Assembly (NCBI GenBank): GCA_002189035.1
Contig: NEEC01000010.1
Span: 3,410,001 to 3,474,000 of the forward strand
Source of the DNA: Utricularia gibba
Taxonomy: Eukaryota; Plantae; Magnoliophyta
Direction of reading: 5' to 3'
Length of the DNA: 64,000 nucleotides
The position numbers and the translations under genes were made by a program. Every line of letters starts with the position of its first letter. Within the stretch, counting starts at the first letter, position 1. The notes below the pieces were generated by a model. That model saw nothing but the letters and a program-made list of their open reading frames with translations. It had not been told where the DNA came from and searched no databases. Below, in pieces: positions 12,660-22,701 of the stretch.

Positions 12660-14370
12660 CTAGTCTTGCGACGATTCATCCGGATGACTGATTGGAGTAG
12701 CATTTGTTCTCGATAATACAAGTATTCAAACGCCTCATCTGGGTTGATTGGAGTAGCATTCTGTTGCTGATCATACAAGTACTGTGGCGGCTCATCTTGG
12801 TTGATTGGAGTAGCATTCTGTTGCTGATCATAAAAGTATTGTGGCGGCTCATCTGAGTTGATCGGAGTAGCATTCTGTTGCTGATCATATAAGTACTGTG
12901 GCGGCTCATCTTGGTTGATTGGAGTAGCATTCTGTTGCTGATCATAAAAGTATTGTGGCGGCTCATCTGAGTTGATCGGAGTAGCATTCTGTTGCTGATC
13001 ATATAAGTACTGCAGCGGCTCCTCTGGGTTGATTGGAGGAACATTCTGTTGTTGATCATATAAGTATTGTAGCGGCTCATCTGGGTGGGTGATTAGAGTA
13101 CCATTCTGTTGCTGACCATACAAGTATTGTAGCGGCTCATCTGGGTGGGTGATTGAAGGAGCAATCTGTTGCTGATCATACAAGTATTGTTGGGCTCATC
13201 TGGGTGGATGATTGGAGGAGCATTCAGTTGCTGATCATAGAAGTATTGTAGCGGCTCATCTGGGTAGGTGATTGGAGGAGCATTCAGTTGCTGATCATAC
13301 AAGTATTGTAGCGGTTCATCTGGGTAGGTGGTGATTGGAGGAGCATTCCGTTGCTGATCATACAAGTATTGTAGCGGCTCATCTGGGTAGGTGATTGGAG
13401 GAGCATTCTGCTGCTGATCATCCAACAATCGTGAAGCATTAGTGTTTTCCATCTGCTTCAGATGTTTCCGAAATTTCTGGGACGTCAAAAGATGAACAAA
13501 AGAGTCACAGAAGGTGAAAGCATATCAGATACAAGAGACAGGTCAAGGGATGAGGAGGCGAAGAGGACTCACCTGCAAATGGCTTGCAACATGCCCTCGC
13601 TCTAGCCCTGCAACCCCATGAATTCCAGGATTTTCTTGGGCGTAGTATCTAAATCAATGAATAAACAAACGTAGGTGTCAATACACTGCATATTTTCAAC
13701 TCATACATACAACGTAAGTATTTGGTACCGGTTCCAAGTGTCTCCACGGCTTTGACGAACTTGCTATGAAGTTCCTCGGTCCAGGAAATCCTTTTCTTCT
13801 TCTTACATGAACCATCAAGGCTCTCAACTTTAGTGTTTCTGCCCTCAAAGCTTCGTCTCTGACTTGTTCCGGTGGGTGAGGTGGAGGGTGTGGCTTGGAT
13901 GTCCCTGGTATTATTCTCCTCCTTGATACCATGTTGGTTCACCATGTTGCACACCTCGGACATTGGTAAGGGTATAGCAATAGCAGAAACAAAGCGCACG
14001 CCGCTCAATGAAAAACACTGCATAACACGAAAATAGGAACAGAAAACGGGAATAAGGAAAGATTCTTGGAAAGAGGCATTAGAGAGAGAGAGAGAGAGAG
14101 AGAGGACCCACGTAGAACGGAAATATTGTCCGGCGCAGACTCCCTTTCGATTTGCTTGAATTTGCCGTCAGAATATACGAAGACGACTACTTCATCGATA
14201 ATATCAGGCAGGGACGCCAACGCCGCCGTCACCGAACTAGAGGGACTCACTAGAAACAAAAAAAGAATGTACGTAACCATCATAACACCTAAAACACAGT
14301 CTTGAAGCCTTGGTAAACAGATGAAAGCTTCCATAATACGTTGATAAGAGGCCGCCGACAGAAGATTCAT
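12660..14370 (-). CDS. Divergent GARP (Myb-like SHLQ class, type-B ARR/APRR-like) transcription factor with long tandem-repeat C-terminus
   Basis: KKKKRISWTEELHSKFVKAVETLG | DTTPKKILEFMGVAGLERGHVASHLQ | KFRKHL, after restoring one base at 13614-13617. Splice sites seen at about 13723, 13649, 13574 and 13476. Start codon and N-terminal exon structure uncertain. The corrected frame ends at TAG 12660. Confidence 0.75.
12672..13419 (-). repeat. Coding tandem repeat, about 13 units of 57-63 bp (consensus DQQQNAxPI(T)xPDEPLQYLY)
   Basis: Six 20-21-aa units, six 19-aa units and one degenerate unit. A higher-order 114-bp duplication (NSDEPPQYFY/NQDEPPQYLY pair) occurs twice. Confidence 0.95.
14081..14104. 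repeat. (AG)n microsatellite
   Basis: About 12 AG units, probably in a GARP-gene intron. Confidence 0.9.
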
Positions 14371-14821
14371 GGGGTGGGGTGGGGTGGGGTTATCCAAACC
14401 TGGAAGAAGAAGAAGAAGACCCGAGGCCAGGGAGGACTCCTGATAACTGAAAACACACAAGAGTTCCACCTTCCTAGGATTCGGTTGATTATCCGCCCGC
14501 GAATGCCATCTATCCACATGCATTGCATGGGGCTATAAATAGGGGAGAGCAAAAATAGTGGGCCATTTGATTTGGGCCACATGAAAATTTTCAACCCCGC
14601 GGGCCGACCCGAAACCATCTTTTTTACCAATTCAAAAAATCCTATAAAAAGAGCGCGCGGCGCGCAGAGGGAAAGGAATACCTACCTGTAGAGACGAGGG
14701 AAAGCGGGGGGAGGAATCGGGAATCAGGAATCAGGAATCAGGAATTCATCCCCTTCCCCTTTTTTCTCTCTCACCCCTGCGATTCATCCTTTGTGATTCT
14801 GCATGCATGTTGACCGACACG

Positions 14822-16219
14822 ATGAGGAAACTCTGCCCTAATCTCGACAGGGAGGACGGATTGGAGACGGTGTTGGAGGTTCCCATCCCGAGGATATGTA
14901 CAACAAAATGGGGACCAATTCCGCCGCCCGGTGGCACAACATGAGGAGTCTCATGCGCCCCACCCACAACTCCTCCGCCGTGTTGGAAAAGTGGGCCGCC
15001 ACCACGGAGGCGGCCGCCTCTTCCTACAATCACGACCAGTTTCTATTCCTGTTGAAGCTCGTCGGATCCGCCTTCATTCCCTACCCTGTGCAATTGGACA
15101 ACGCCGTCTCCAGGCCCATCAAAGACGGCTCCATTGTAAGCCAAACGCAGACTTGCACGCATCATTTTGTCCTGGTCGATTCCGTTATTTGTATTTCATC
15201 AACAGGAATCCTCAACGGCCAGGTACATCGTACAGCAATACGTGGCGGCCACCGGAGGCTTTGCTGCCCTGAATGCCATCAACAGCATGTACGCCGTGGG
15301 GCAGCTCAAGGTGGAAGCTTTTACAGATGGGGTGGAGAGCTGTAAAAGGCCTAGCGATGCTGGTGGCTTCGTGCTTTGGCAAAAGAATCCGGATTTATGG
15401 TATCTTGAACTCGTGATTTCAGGCTTCAAAGTAGGCGCTGGCAGTGATGGCAAGGTAGCTTGGAGCCAATCTTCCTCCAGCTCTACTCCTGTTAGAGGTC
15501 CTCCCAGACCCCTTCGACGATTCTTCCAGGTACTCATCCAAATCTCACCATGGTTCTTATTCCCACTTCATCTGATAAGCGCACTCGCTTCACCTATATC
15601 TCAATGTCCATTGATATGCGTTTCCACATGCGCTGCTGAACATGACATATTTATAGGGAGTGTTTGCTGGTTCCCCATAACTGCGTTTTTAGTTCTATGT
15701 CTTGAAAATGGTTGTACATGGGTGAAGGGACTGGACCCCAGACTAACAGCCAACCTGTTTCTGGACACCGTCTGCATCTGCGAGACGAAGATCAACGACG
15801 AGGACTGTTTCACGCTGAAGCTAGAAACGAGCTCCGACATTCGCCAAGCGCAGAGCACACCAAACACGGAGCTGGTCCGCCACACGATATGGGGATATTT
15901 CAGCCAGAAAACAGGGCTACTGGTCAAGTTCCAAGACACGAAGCTGATACGGATGAAGTCTGTCAAAGGCGACGATCATGTCTACTACGAGACGACCATG
16001 GAATCCATCCTGCACGACTATCGATACGTCGAGGGTGTCAACATTGCGCATGCCGGAACCACAGCTGCCTCGCTGCATCGGTACGGCAAGAACATGAAGA
16101 AGAGGTGGAGGCTGGAGGAGAGTTGGAGAATAGAAGAGGTGGGGTTCAATGTCTGTGGCTTGTCGCCGGAGTACTTCATGCCGCCTTCCGAGGGGGAGCA
16201 AGATAGTGGTAGCATCTGA
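14822..16219 (+). CDS. DUF620 family protein
   Basis: MRKLCPNLDREDGLETVLEVPIPE (needs one C at 14887-14889), SSTARYIVQQYVAATGG, GGFVLWQKNPDLWYLELVISGFKVGAGSDGKVAW, GLDPRLTANLF, GYFSQKTGLLVKFQD, VEGVNIAHAG, EESWRIEEVGFNVCGLS. Confidence 0.88.
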
Positions 16220-16400
16220 CGTCTTTGGTAACTTTTAGGTCGTTTTTCTGGTGACAAAAATACAGAGGGAGGAAGGAAGGAAGATGTCTGTCATACGTTT
16301 GCGTAATGACGCTGGGAAATTTGTATTTGTTTAATTAGAGGAGGAGGGATACACTTTTGTGGGGAAAAGTCATAAATAACCCTGGCAGAAGATGCTTCTT

Positions 16401-16440
16401 CCTATATATGAACCCCAGGCCTCCACTCCGTAACCCTAGT
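16401..16440 (+). promoter_or_regulatory. Putative Pol II promoter of the snoRNA cluster (TATA box and telo-box)
   Basis: CCTATATAT at 16401-16409 followed by AACCCTAG at 16432-16439. Telo-boxes are typical of plant snoRNA-cluster and ribosome-biogenesis promoters. Confidence 0.5.
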
Positions 16441-16585
16441 TCTCTCTTCTCTTCGTGACGCTGTTGGTCGAGCCGCCTGGCTGTTAGTTCTTTTGTACCA
16501 GAATTGCTATCGGAATCTGTTCGTTTTCTGGCTGATTCCACATTTTCTTTGTCGCTGTTTGAGTAAATGGCGAATTTGTTGATGA

Positions 16586-16731
16586 TTGCATCTGCTTTAC
16601 CCTCTCCTTGTGTCCGATTTGAATGTGAGCATGGAGATATAACTGATGCAAAAACTGATATGGATGGCTTACCAGCCCATAGCACACTCAACTGTGTATT
16701 GCTCTGGCGTCAAACGGACCTTCCAATACTC
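16586..16731 (+). ncRNA. Box H/ACA snoRNA (two hairpins; tentatively snoR80-like) guiding 25S rRNA pseudouridines
   Basis: Hairpin 1: TTGCATC/GATGCAA and TCTCC/GGAGA, pocket GCTTTACCC + ATATAACT, complementary to 25S AGUUNUAUCGGGUAAAGC. Hairpin 2: TGGATGG/CCTTCCA and GCC/GGC, pocket CTTACCA + AAACGG, complementary to 25S CCRUUUUUGGUAAG. ATA lies 3 nt from the end. The H box is imperfect (A5 run at 16650-16654). Confidence 0.7.
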
Positions 16732-16855
16732 TTTTTATTTGTTGAATCGATATTAGGCTCACTGTTCCTGTTTTATTTTGTGAATTGCTATGTGGGGTTG
16801 CTCTGTCAATAGGATTGTTCTTTTTTTACCGAAAATGATGTTACAGTGTGGATAT

Positions 16856-16928
16856 GGCAAGTGATGTTATCTTATCCTACACACTGAATTTTGGTGTGGA
16901 CATTCAACTCCGCTTATTATCTGATGCC
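16856..16928 (+). ncRNA. Box C/D snoRNA, dual guide for 25S rRNA (snoR16-like)
   Basis: Terminal stem GGCA/TGCC, box C variant GTGATGT 16861, D' CTGA 16884, D CTGA 16921. The D' guide CTTATCCTACAC pairs with 25S GUGUAGGAUAAG. The D guide CTCCGCTTATT pairs with 25S 5'-end AAUAAGCGGAG. The D+5 rule selects a U in both cases. Confidence 0.88.
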
Positions 16929-17051
16929 TTTTTATTCGGCTTATTGTAGTTCATCTGGTGTCAAGTTCCAGTTTTTCTATTTTTTTTAGGGATTGGTTTG
17001 TCTGTGCTGGCAATATCTTTTTCGATGAACCTTTTTTTTTTCACTCTGAAT

Positions 17052-17126
17052 TTGCTGTGATGAACATCATATAATTATGTCTGGACATATGAAATACGTT
17101 CGTGATTATATATGAGTTCTGAGCAA
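17052..17126 (+). ncRNA. Box C/D snoRNA guiding 18S rRNA Cm (site equivalent to human 18S C1272/SNORD66)
   Basis: Stem TTGC/GCAA, box C GTGATGA 17057, D' ATGA 17089, C' GTGATTA 17102, D CTGA 17119. Guide ATTATGTCTGGAC (17074-17086) gives 13 bp (one G-U) with 18S GUCCAGACAUAGU. Confidence 0.8.
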
Positions 17127-17230
17127 CCACCTCGGTGCACAACCGGAGCCCTTAACATTCCTTCAATGGTCTTATCGGTTCATAAGTTACTTCATTTCCT
17201 GTTCTCCGGCTACCCAAGTCCAAACTTATC

Positions 17231-17488
17231 TGTTGATGCCCTTGTAGATTGTTGAATTTTTTTGAAGAATGTTGTTGATGCCCTTGTAGATTGTTGTATT
17301 TTTTTGAAGAATGTTGTTGATGCCCTTGTAGATTGTTGTATTTTTTTGAGAATGTTATCGATGCCCTTGTAGATTGTTGTATTTTTTTGAAGAATGTTGT
17401 CGATGCCCTTGTAGATTGTTGAATTTTTTTGAAGAATGTTGTTGATGCCCTTGTAGATTGTTGAATTTTTTTGAAGAATGTTGTTGAT
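17231..17488. repeat. 42-bp minisatellite, 6 copies plus a partial copy
   Basis: GATGCCCTTGTAGATTG restarts at 17235, 17277, 17319, 17360, 17402 and 17444, with a partial copy at 17486 (period 42; one unit 41). Confidence 0.95.
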
Positions 17489-17932
17489 GGCTTGATCTTG
17501 TAGAAGTAGGGGCGACATGCAGACGAGGATTCCGCTCCTGATACGGTCCGAAATACAATTGTGTGATCTGTTATCCCACTTCGCATTGGTGTTTTGATCA
17601 TCGGCCGGGCTGAGGAACATAGTTTTTAATCAGAACCAGTGAGATCCTTGCATCCGCGGCGACTATGAAAACAGACGTGTTGATTTCGTTATTGATTGTT
17701 ACAAGAATCGAACAAGTTTTTTGATGAAAGCACATTCCCAAGAAATGAAGAGCTGACATTTGAAAACAAGATTTACAGTGGAGATGGGAAGAAGATAGGT
17801 TAACCCAAAATTGGTTGAAGTTAGCATGTTCATAAACATTGCGTTGAGTCCGTCAAAATGGCTGGCGTGTTAAAATAGCCATCAAAAGCAATGTGCATCT
17901 ATCACTTACAGCTCCGCGTCCTGATAACCTTG

Positions 17933-19777
17933 CTAGTCATCCACTGTCTGAATCTCTCCCATCATGATCCGGTTGCTTACTACATTGAATCCCAGAATGG
18001 AGGGACTCGGTTTTTTCCCCTTCTTTCCCTTCTTTTTTCCTCTAGTGTTTGCATCCCATTCAGCATCCAGTTGATCAGAAGTTCATGTCTTCCGCTGGTA
18101 CAACAGTGGGGTTCTTTTCATTGTTCTGATTCTTGAAGGCAATTTCAACAGCCTCAGCCGGCAGAAAATCTTTGTAATTCAGGAGCTTGTCATGGTCTGG
18201 GTCAACGGATGCAAGATTCTCCATGAGCAGTGTTTCTGCCTCGGATCTCGATATCTTGAAGCAATATTCCAAGACACTAGTATCTGAGTACCACCACCAT
18301 GAAAATCAGTGAACGAGTGAAAACGAACCAAGAGATAACCGAGAAGGGAAAGAACACAACCTCTTGAACCCATGGGCCTGATACACTCACTTTCACACCA
18401 TCTCTTGAAATCCAAGGCCTGTGCTAAAAAAAATTACAAATCACCATCCCCTTCAAGAAACTAGCGCAGAAAATAACAGACTTCTAAATGGTTGACCTGA
18501 ATGCTTATTCAAAGTAGCTTTCTTCCATGGTTGAATAGACTGAGCACCAGAAGGCTCAGGAAACTTGCCAGCAGTAGACTTCTTATGGCTCAAGGGCCCT
18601 CCAAGAGTTACCGTAGAGACAGCTTTTGCCCGCCAGATTAACCTGTGCCGCAAGTTGAGGAAAATTCAACCTAGAGGAAACAAAGGGCACTTCAGAAGTT
18701 CATCGTCATACAACCCATGAATCAACAGCCAAATAATACTGGCCAGGGCACTCGTGCAGCTTTTGATTAGCTAACAGCATAATGGCAAAAAAACTGAACT
18801 TCTCAGAGGCAAGCGTAGCTCATCACTAGGTACGCGCATACGAGAAATGCTTGAACAGTGCAATTACTGTGAAAACGTAGTACATAATTTAACAATCTTA
18901 CTGCTTACCCTGACGATGTGGTTGTTCTATTGGATCCCAGAACAAATCAGCATCAACTTTCTGTTTTGCCCTAGAACTTGATGGAAGGTTGTTTTCCACT
19001 GGGGATGCCTTTTTTAAAGGTCCCAACGGGCTGCTTTCATGTCCAGGATGGAGGGACGGAAAACATCCTTCTTCCCATGGTTCTCATCAATATCATTCCC
19101 CATTCCAGATAATTTTTTTACATCCTGGTGGACTGCATACCCTGGGAACAATTTGGAGCTATTCTCCTGCAGCAAAGACAATGCGAACAACGAACATGCC
19201 ATCAAATAAATACTGATACAGTGCTTGATGCATCACAAGAACAGAAGAAGGTTCATATAAAGGTAAAGCAGACTGAAACAAACCTCAACAACCATCCAGT
19301 CTTGTTATCACCCGTTTTAGGCAAAAGCGGTACGACAGTGCTTGATTTTTGAACATCTATATTCAAGTACAAAGGCGGAAAATAGGTTAATGTAACTTCA
19401 AAAGAAAGGGCATGCATTATTAAACTAGCCCATCAACATTGGATACATCCTCGCCTTACTTGAAAAGAAAACACAAGACTATCAATAATCTTGGAAACAA
19501 AAGAAAGTCAGGTATGACAATTCGCTTTATCAAATAAAGATATAATTGACAGATAGATTCACCCAACCACATTCGCTTCCTGCTACACTATGAGCATGAA
19601 AAAGCAGCAATGCAAAAAATATATATATTGCTACTGCAGGCACGGAAAAACTGATCCCCGGATGAAATTGAGAATTCAGGGTTTTCCACAGAAACTGTTT
19701 GAGAATACGGGTAGGCGGAAAATCAGACCCCTACCGATCTGTTCGAAGCCAGAACTGAGCTGCAAATCGCCACCCAT
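17933..19777 (-). pseudogene. Internally deleted EXA1/GIGYF-like (GYF-domain protein) remnant
   Basis: N-terminal pieces DVQKSSTVVPL..PKTGDNKTG and KKDVFRPSILDM join directly to C-terminal pieces DADLFWDP, NFPQLA, ALDFKRWCESECIR, TSVLEYCFKISRSEAETLLMENL...LLNYKDFLP and GKKKGKKGKKPSPSILGFNVVSNRIMMGEIQTVDD*. There is an in-frame TAA at 19014, several frameshifts, and no GYF domain. Confidence 0.78.
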
Positions 19778-19980
19778 TGATCAGCGAAACACGGAATTCC
19801 TTTAAAACACACTGAAATGCGATTGAACTCCTAGGTAACTACGTGGCCCCCACAGGCTCACTTGAGCACGCCATTTGAGCGTGTTTGCCTGCCATCCTCA
19901 AATTACCATTTTAGCCTAGAGGGTTTACACTTTTCCGCCTGAATTTGCCATCACCCTTGATTCGCCGCCACATCGTATTT

Positions 19981-21656
19981 GAGGGTGTTTTACATTACTT
20001 ATGATAAATTAACTTATAAGTAAGAGTAATTAGAATTTCATTTAAAGTAAAAAATAAGTATGAGTTGTTTGTTTTAACTTATTTATAAAAGTCATAAGTA
20101 AAAGTTAATAGTGTTTGATATAATTTTAAGAATTTGTAAACAAAAGTCTAAAATACCCATATATTCATTTAAATGTTTTTTAATAATATAATTTATATTT
20201 ATTATTTTCGTATAATTATAAATCAATTTTTTAAAGTTATGTAACAAATTAATAATTAATTTTTTCATATTTTAATGTATTTATTAATATTTGTATAGTT
20301 ATATGAATTGTAATATGTAATAAAATAATATTAACACAAATCTCATTCAATCGTAATAACATGCATAATAAACGATAGATTGAGTCATATAAACTCTGAA
20401 AACAACAATAGATAAACTAGACTTGATATTATGAGACATTTTTAATTTATTCTACTAATTGATGCACATATTGCATCACGTAAAGCAGTCATATATCCAT
20501 CTTGAGTTGATGATGCAAAAGCTTCTACTGCTGGTAGAGCTGTTTGAGGATTATATGGTGGAGTCCAATTATCAACTTCAAAACGTAAGAAATCCGGATC
20601 ATTTGCATCAACTCTCCTGATAAAATTGCAAATCGCCATAGTTGCTGGTACAATAAGTACTTGATCTTGCCATGAAAATCCCCAAGGAAGTCTATTAACC
20701 ATGTCAAATTTTGACTTCCATACTCCAAAACATCGTTCAATTACAGAACGTAGCGAAGATTGTCGATAATTATACATCTCTGTAGGATTTCTAACCCGTG
20801 GATTAGCACGAAACTCTTCCAAGTGGTACCTTTGACCTCTATATGGTGTCAAAAAAAATGTAGTATTCATATACCCAGAATCAGCAAAGTAATACTTACC
20901 TGGTGGTGGCAATGGAAAATTATTTTCGGGTAAATGCATAACCCGTGATAATATTGAACTATCATGCATTTGTCCTTCATATCCTGAAGCTACAAACATG
21001 AACAGCATATTGAAGTCGCATACTGCCAAAATATTCTGTGTGGCTTCACGGTATCGACCAAAAAAAGGACGTCTATCTTCTTTTCTAATTCTCGCAGGAA
21101 TATGAGTACCATCAATGGCACCAACCGCATCTTGAAAATGAGGCCAAAATCGAGAATCATTTCTTATTTTTGCAGGGGGAGTTGACATATCACTCGTTGA
21201 AACTATAAATTCAGAAGCCTTACAAGCATCAAGAACTGCACGAAAACTTTGACTTACAGTATATCCTGAACGTTGGAACCATTCTTGAAGCAAACGGTTA
21301 CTACATTTCAGACCCATTGCCAAGAGAAACGTTGCCACTTGTTCCTCAACAGAGACTGTGCGTGTGGCTATTAAACTATAGCGTTCATATAGAACACTAC
21401 ATAACCTATGAAATGTTTCTCGTTCCATTCGAAGTAGTTGATATGAACAAATCCAATGGCCTTCCAGTATACCTTTTAACCATGCAGTTCCAGATAACTC
21501 TCTATCTCGACAAGGCATTCTTACAAAAGTTCATTGGTAAAATTCAAGAATGGATTGTGCTAGTGTTGCTATAACAGAGACTATTTCAATATTTGGAGTC
21601 TCACTTTCATCTTGATAATTATCGGTACGTGGGTAAGAGTTGTTGGAAGGAGACAT
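19981..21656 (-). mobile_element. PIF/Harbinger element fragment: DDE_Tnp_4 transposase ORF (20442-21518) plus AT-rich flank
   Basis: LLRMERETFHRLCSVL, GAIDGTHIPARI, QNILAVCDF, HDSSIL, YYFADSGY, RSVIERCFGVWKSKF. The upstream ATG at 21656 is separated from the ORF by an in-frame TGA at 21531-21533. GAGGGTGTTT at 19981 resembles a PIF TIR; no partner TIR or Myb/SANT ORF was found. Confidence 0.85.
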
Positions 21657-21808
21657 GGATACGTTGTATTTGAAAATGATACATAGCCTTGCCTTGATTT
21701 TATAGATGAAAAAGGTGAAATCTTAGTAAGAAATCACATGCAATTGTCGTTTAAAACTGTCTTATCTGTAAATTCCGTTTTCCTTTTTTGAAGGTTACGA
21801 CCTTGGCA

Positions 21809-22701
21809 ATGGAGAGTAGCACCCGGTTATTTTTTCGAGCGGCTCAGTGCCCAAGCGGTATTATTTTGTTCTGGGAGAGGGTGATTTGGTTCATTGTGTA
21901 GTAAAACGTCGATTCGTTGTAGAAAATTGATGTGCGGTTTTGGTTTGATGTGGCGTGTTGTAATAAAACTTTGATGACTTGTTTTTGGATTATCCTGTTC
22001 TTAAGCTGCGCGTTGTTCTGCTAAAGTTGAGGTATGGAATGAAAATGCTTTCTTTGTCTCTATGCAACTAGGAGCAGAAACAAAAAATGGTGATGCTGAG
22101 GAATCCAAAGAGCGCGATAGCAAAATTCAGAAGCTTCAAGGTCGTTCTTTTCGGGTTAAAAGGCTCTCTGATAAAGCCATTTTGCCGTCAAGGGTTCTCA
22201 TCTCGCGGCAGGATATGATCTTTACAGGTATACCCGGGATGAAAAGCCTAGTGCGTGATTGTTATCCTACGTTGTAACATGCAGTGCAGCTGACACCGTG
22301 GTGCCCGCCCGAGGCACGGCCTTAGTTCCCACTGATCTGAGCATTGCCGTCCCGGAGGACACGTATGCCAGAGTGGGTAATGCCACATAAACCTTTGATC
22401 TTGTGTAATCTGATCTAATAGGCGGTGTCCTAACTCTGGAAATGGTGTTTCCCGAAGCACCCCGGTCGGGTTTGGCTTGGAAGCATTCGATTGATGTGGG
22501 TGCGGGTGTGATCGATGCGGACTACAGAGGAGCCGTTGGGGTGATCCTGTTCAACCATTCGGATACGGATTTCAATGTGAAAACAGGTGACAGGGTTGCC
22601 CAGTTGATACTTGAGAAGATAATAACTCCCGAGGTAATGGAAGTGGACGATCTTGATGCAACTGTGAGGGCGATGGAGGATTTGGATCCACAGGCATATG
22701 A
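21809..22701 (+). CDS. DUT1: dUTP pyrophosphatase (dUTPase), 4 exons
   Basis: [89 protein letters not shown]. All five motifs are present once single G deletions at 22192-22194 and 22668-22670 are restored. The first exon at 21809 is in frame but less certain. Confidence 0.93.

Noticed and set aside
12672-13419. 57-63-bp direct repeats as a CRISPR-like array
   Set aside because: No unique spacers, the units are in-frame coding repeats, and the sequence is eukaryotic with no cas genes.
16579-16650. TGATGA...CTGA read as a C/D snoRNA
   Set aside because: No terminal stem around the boxes and no guide next to the D box; the H/ACA interpretation explains both pockets.
16567-16812. 81-aa ORF MANLLMIASAL...
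   Set aside because: No homology or coding signature; the sequence is better explained by the H/ACA snoRNA fold and rRNA-complementary pockets.
19877-19887. GAGCGTGTTTG as a Harbinger terminal inverted repeat
   Set aside because: No matching CAAACACGCTC on the other side and no TTA/TAA target-site duplication.
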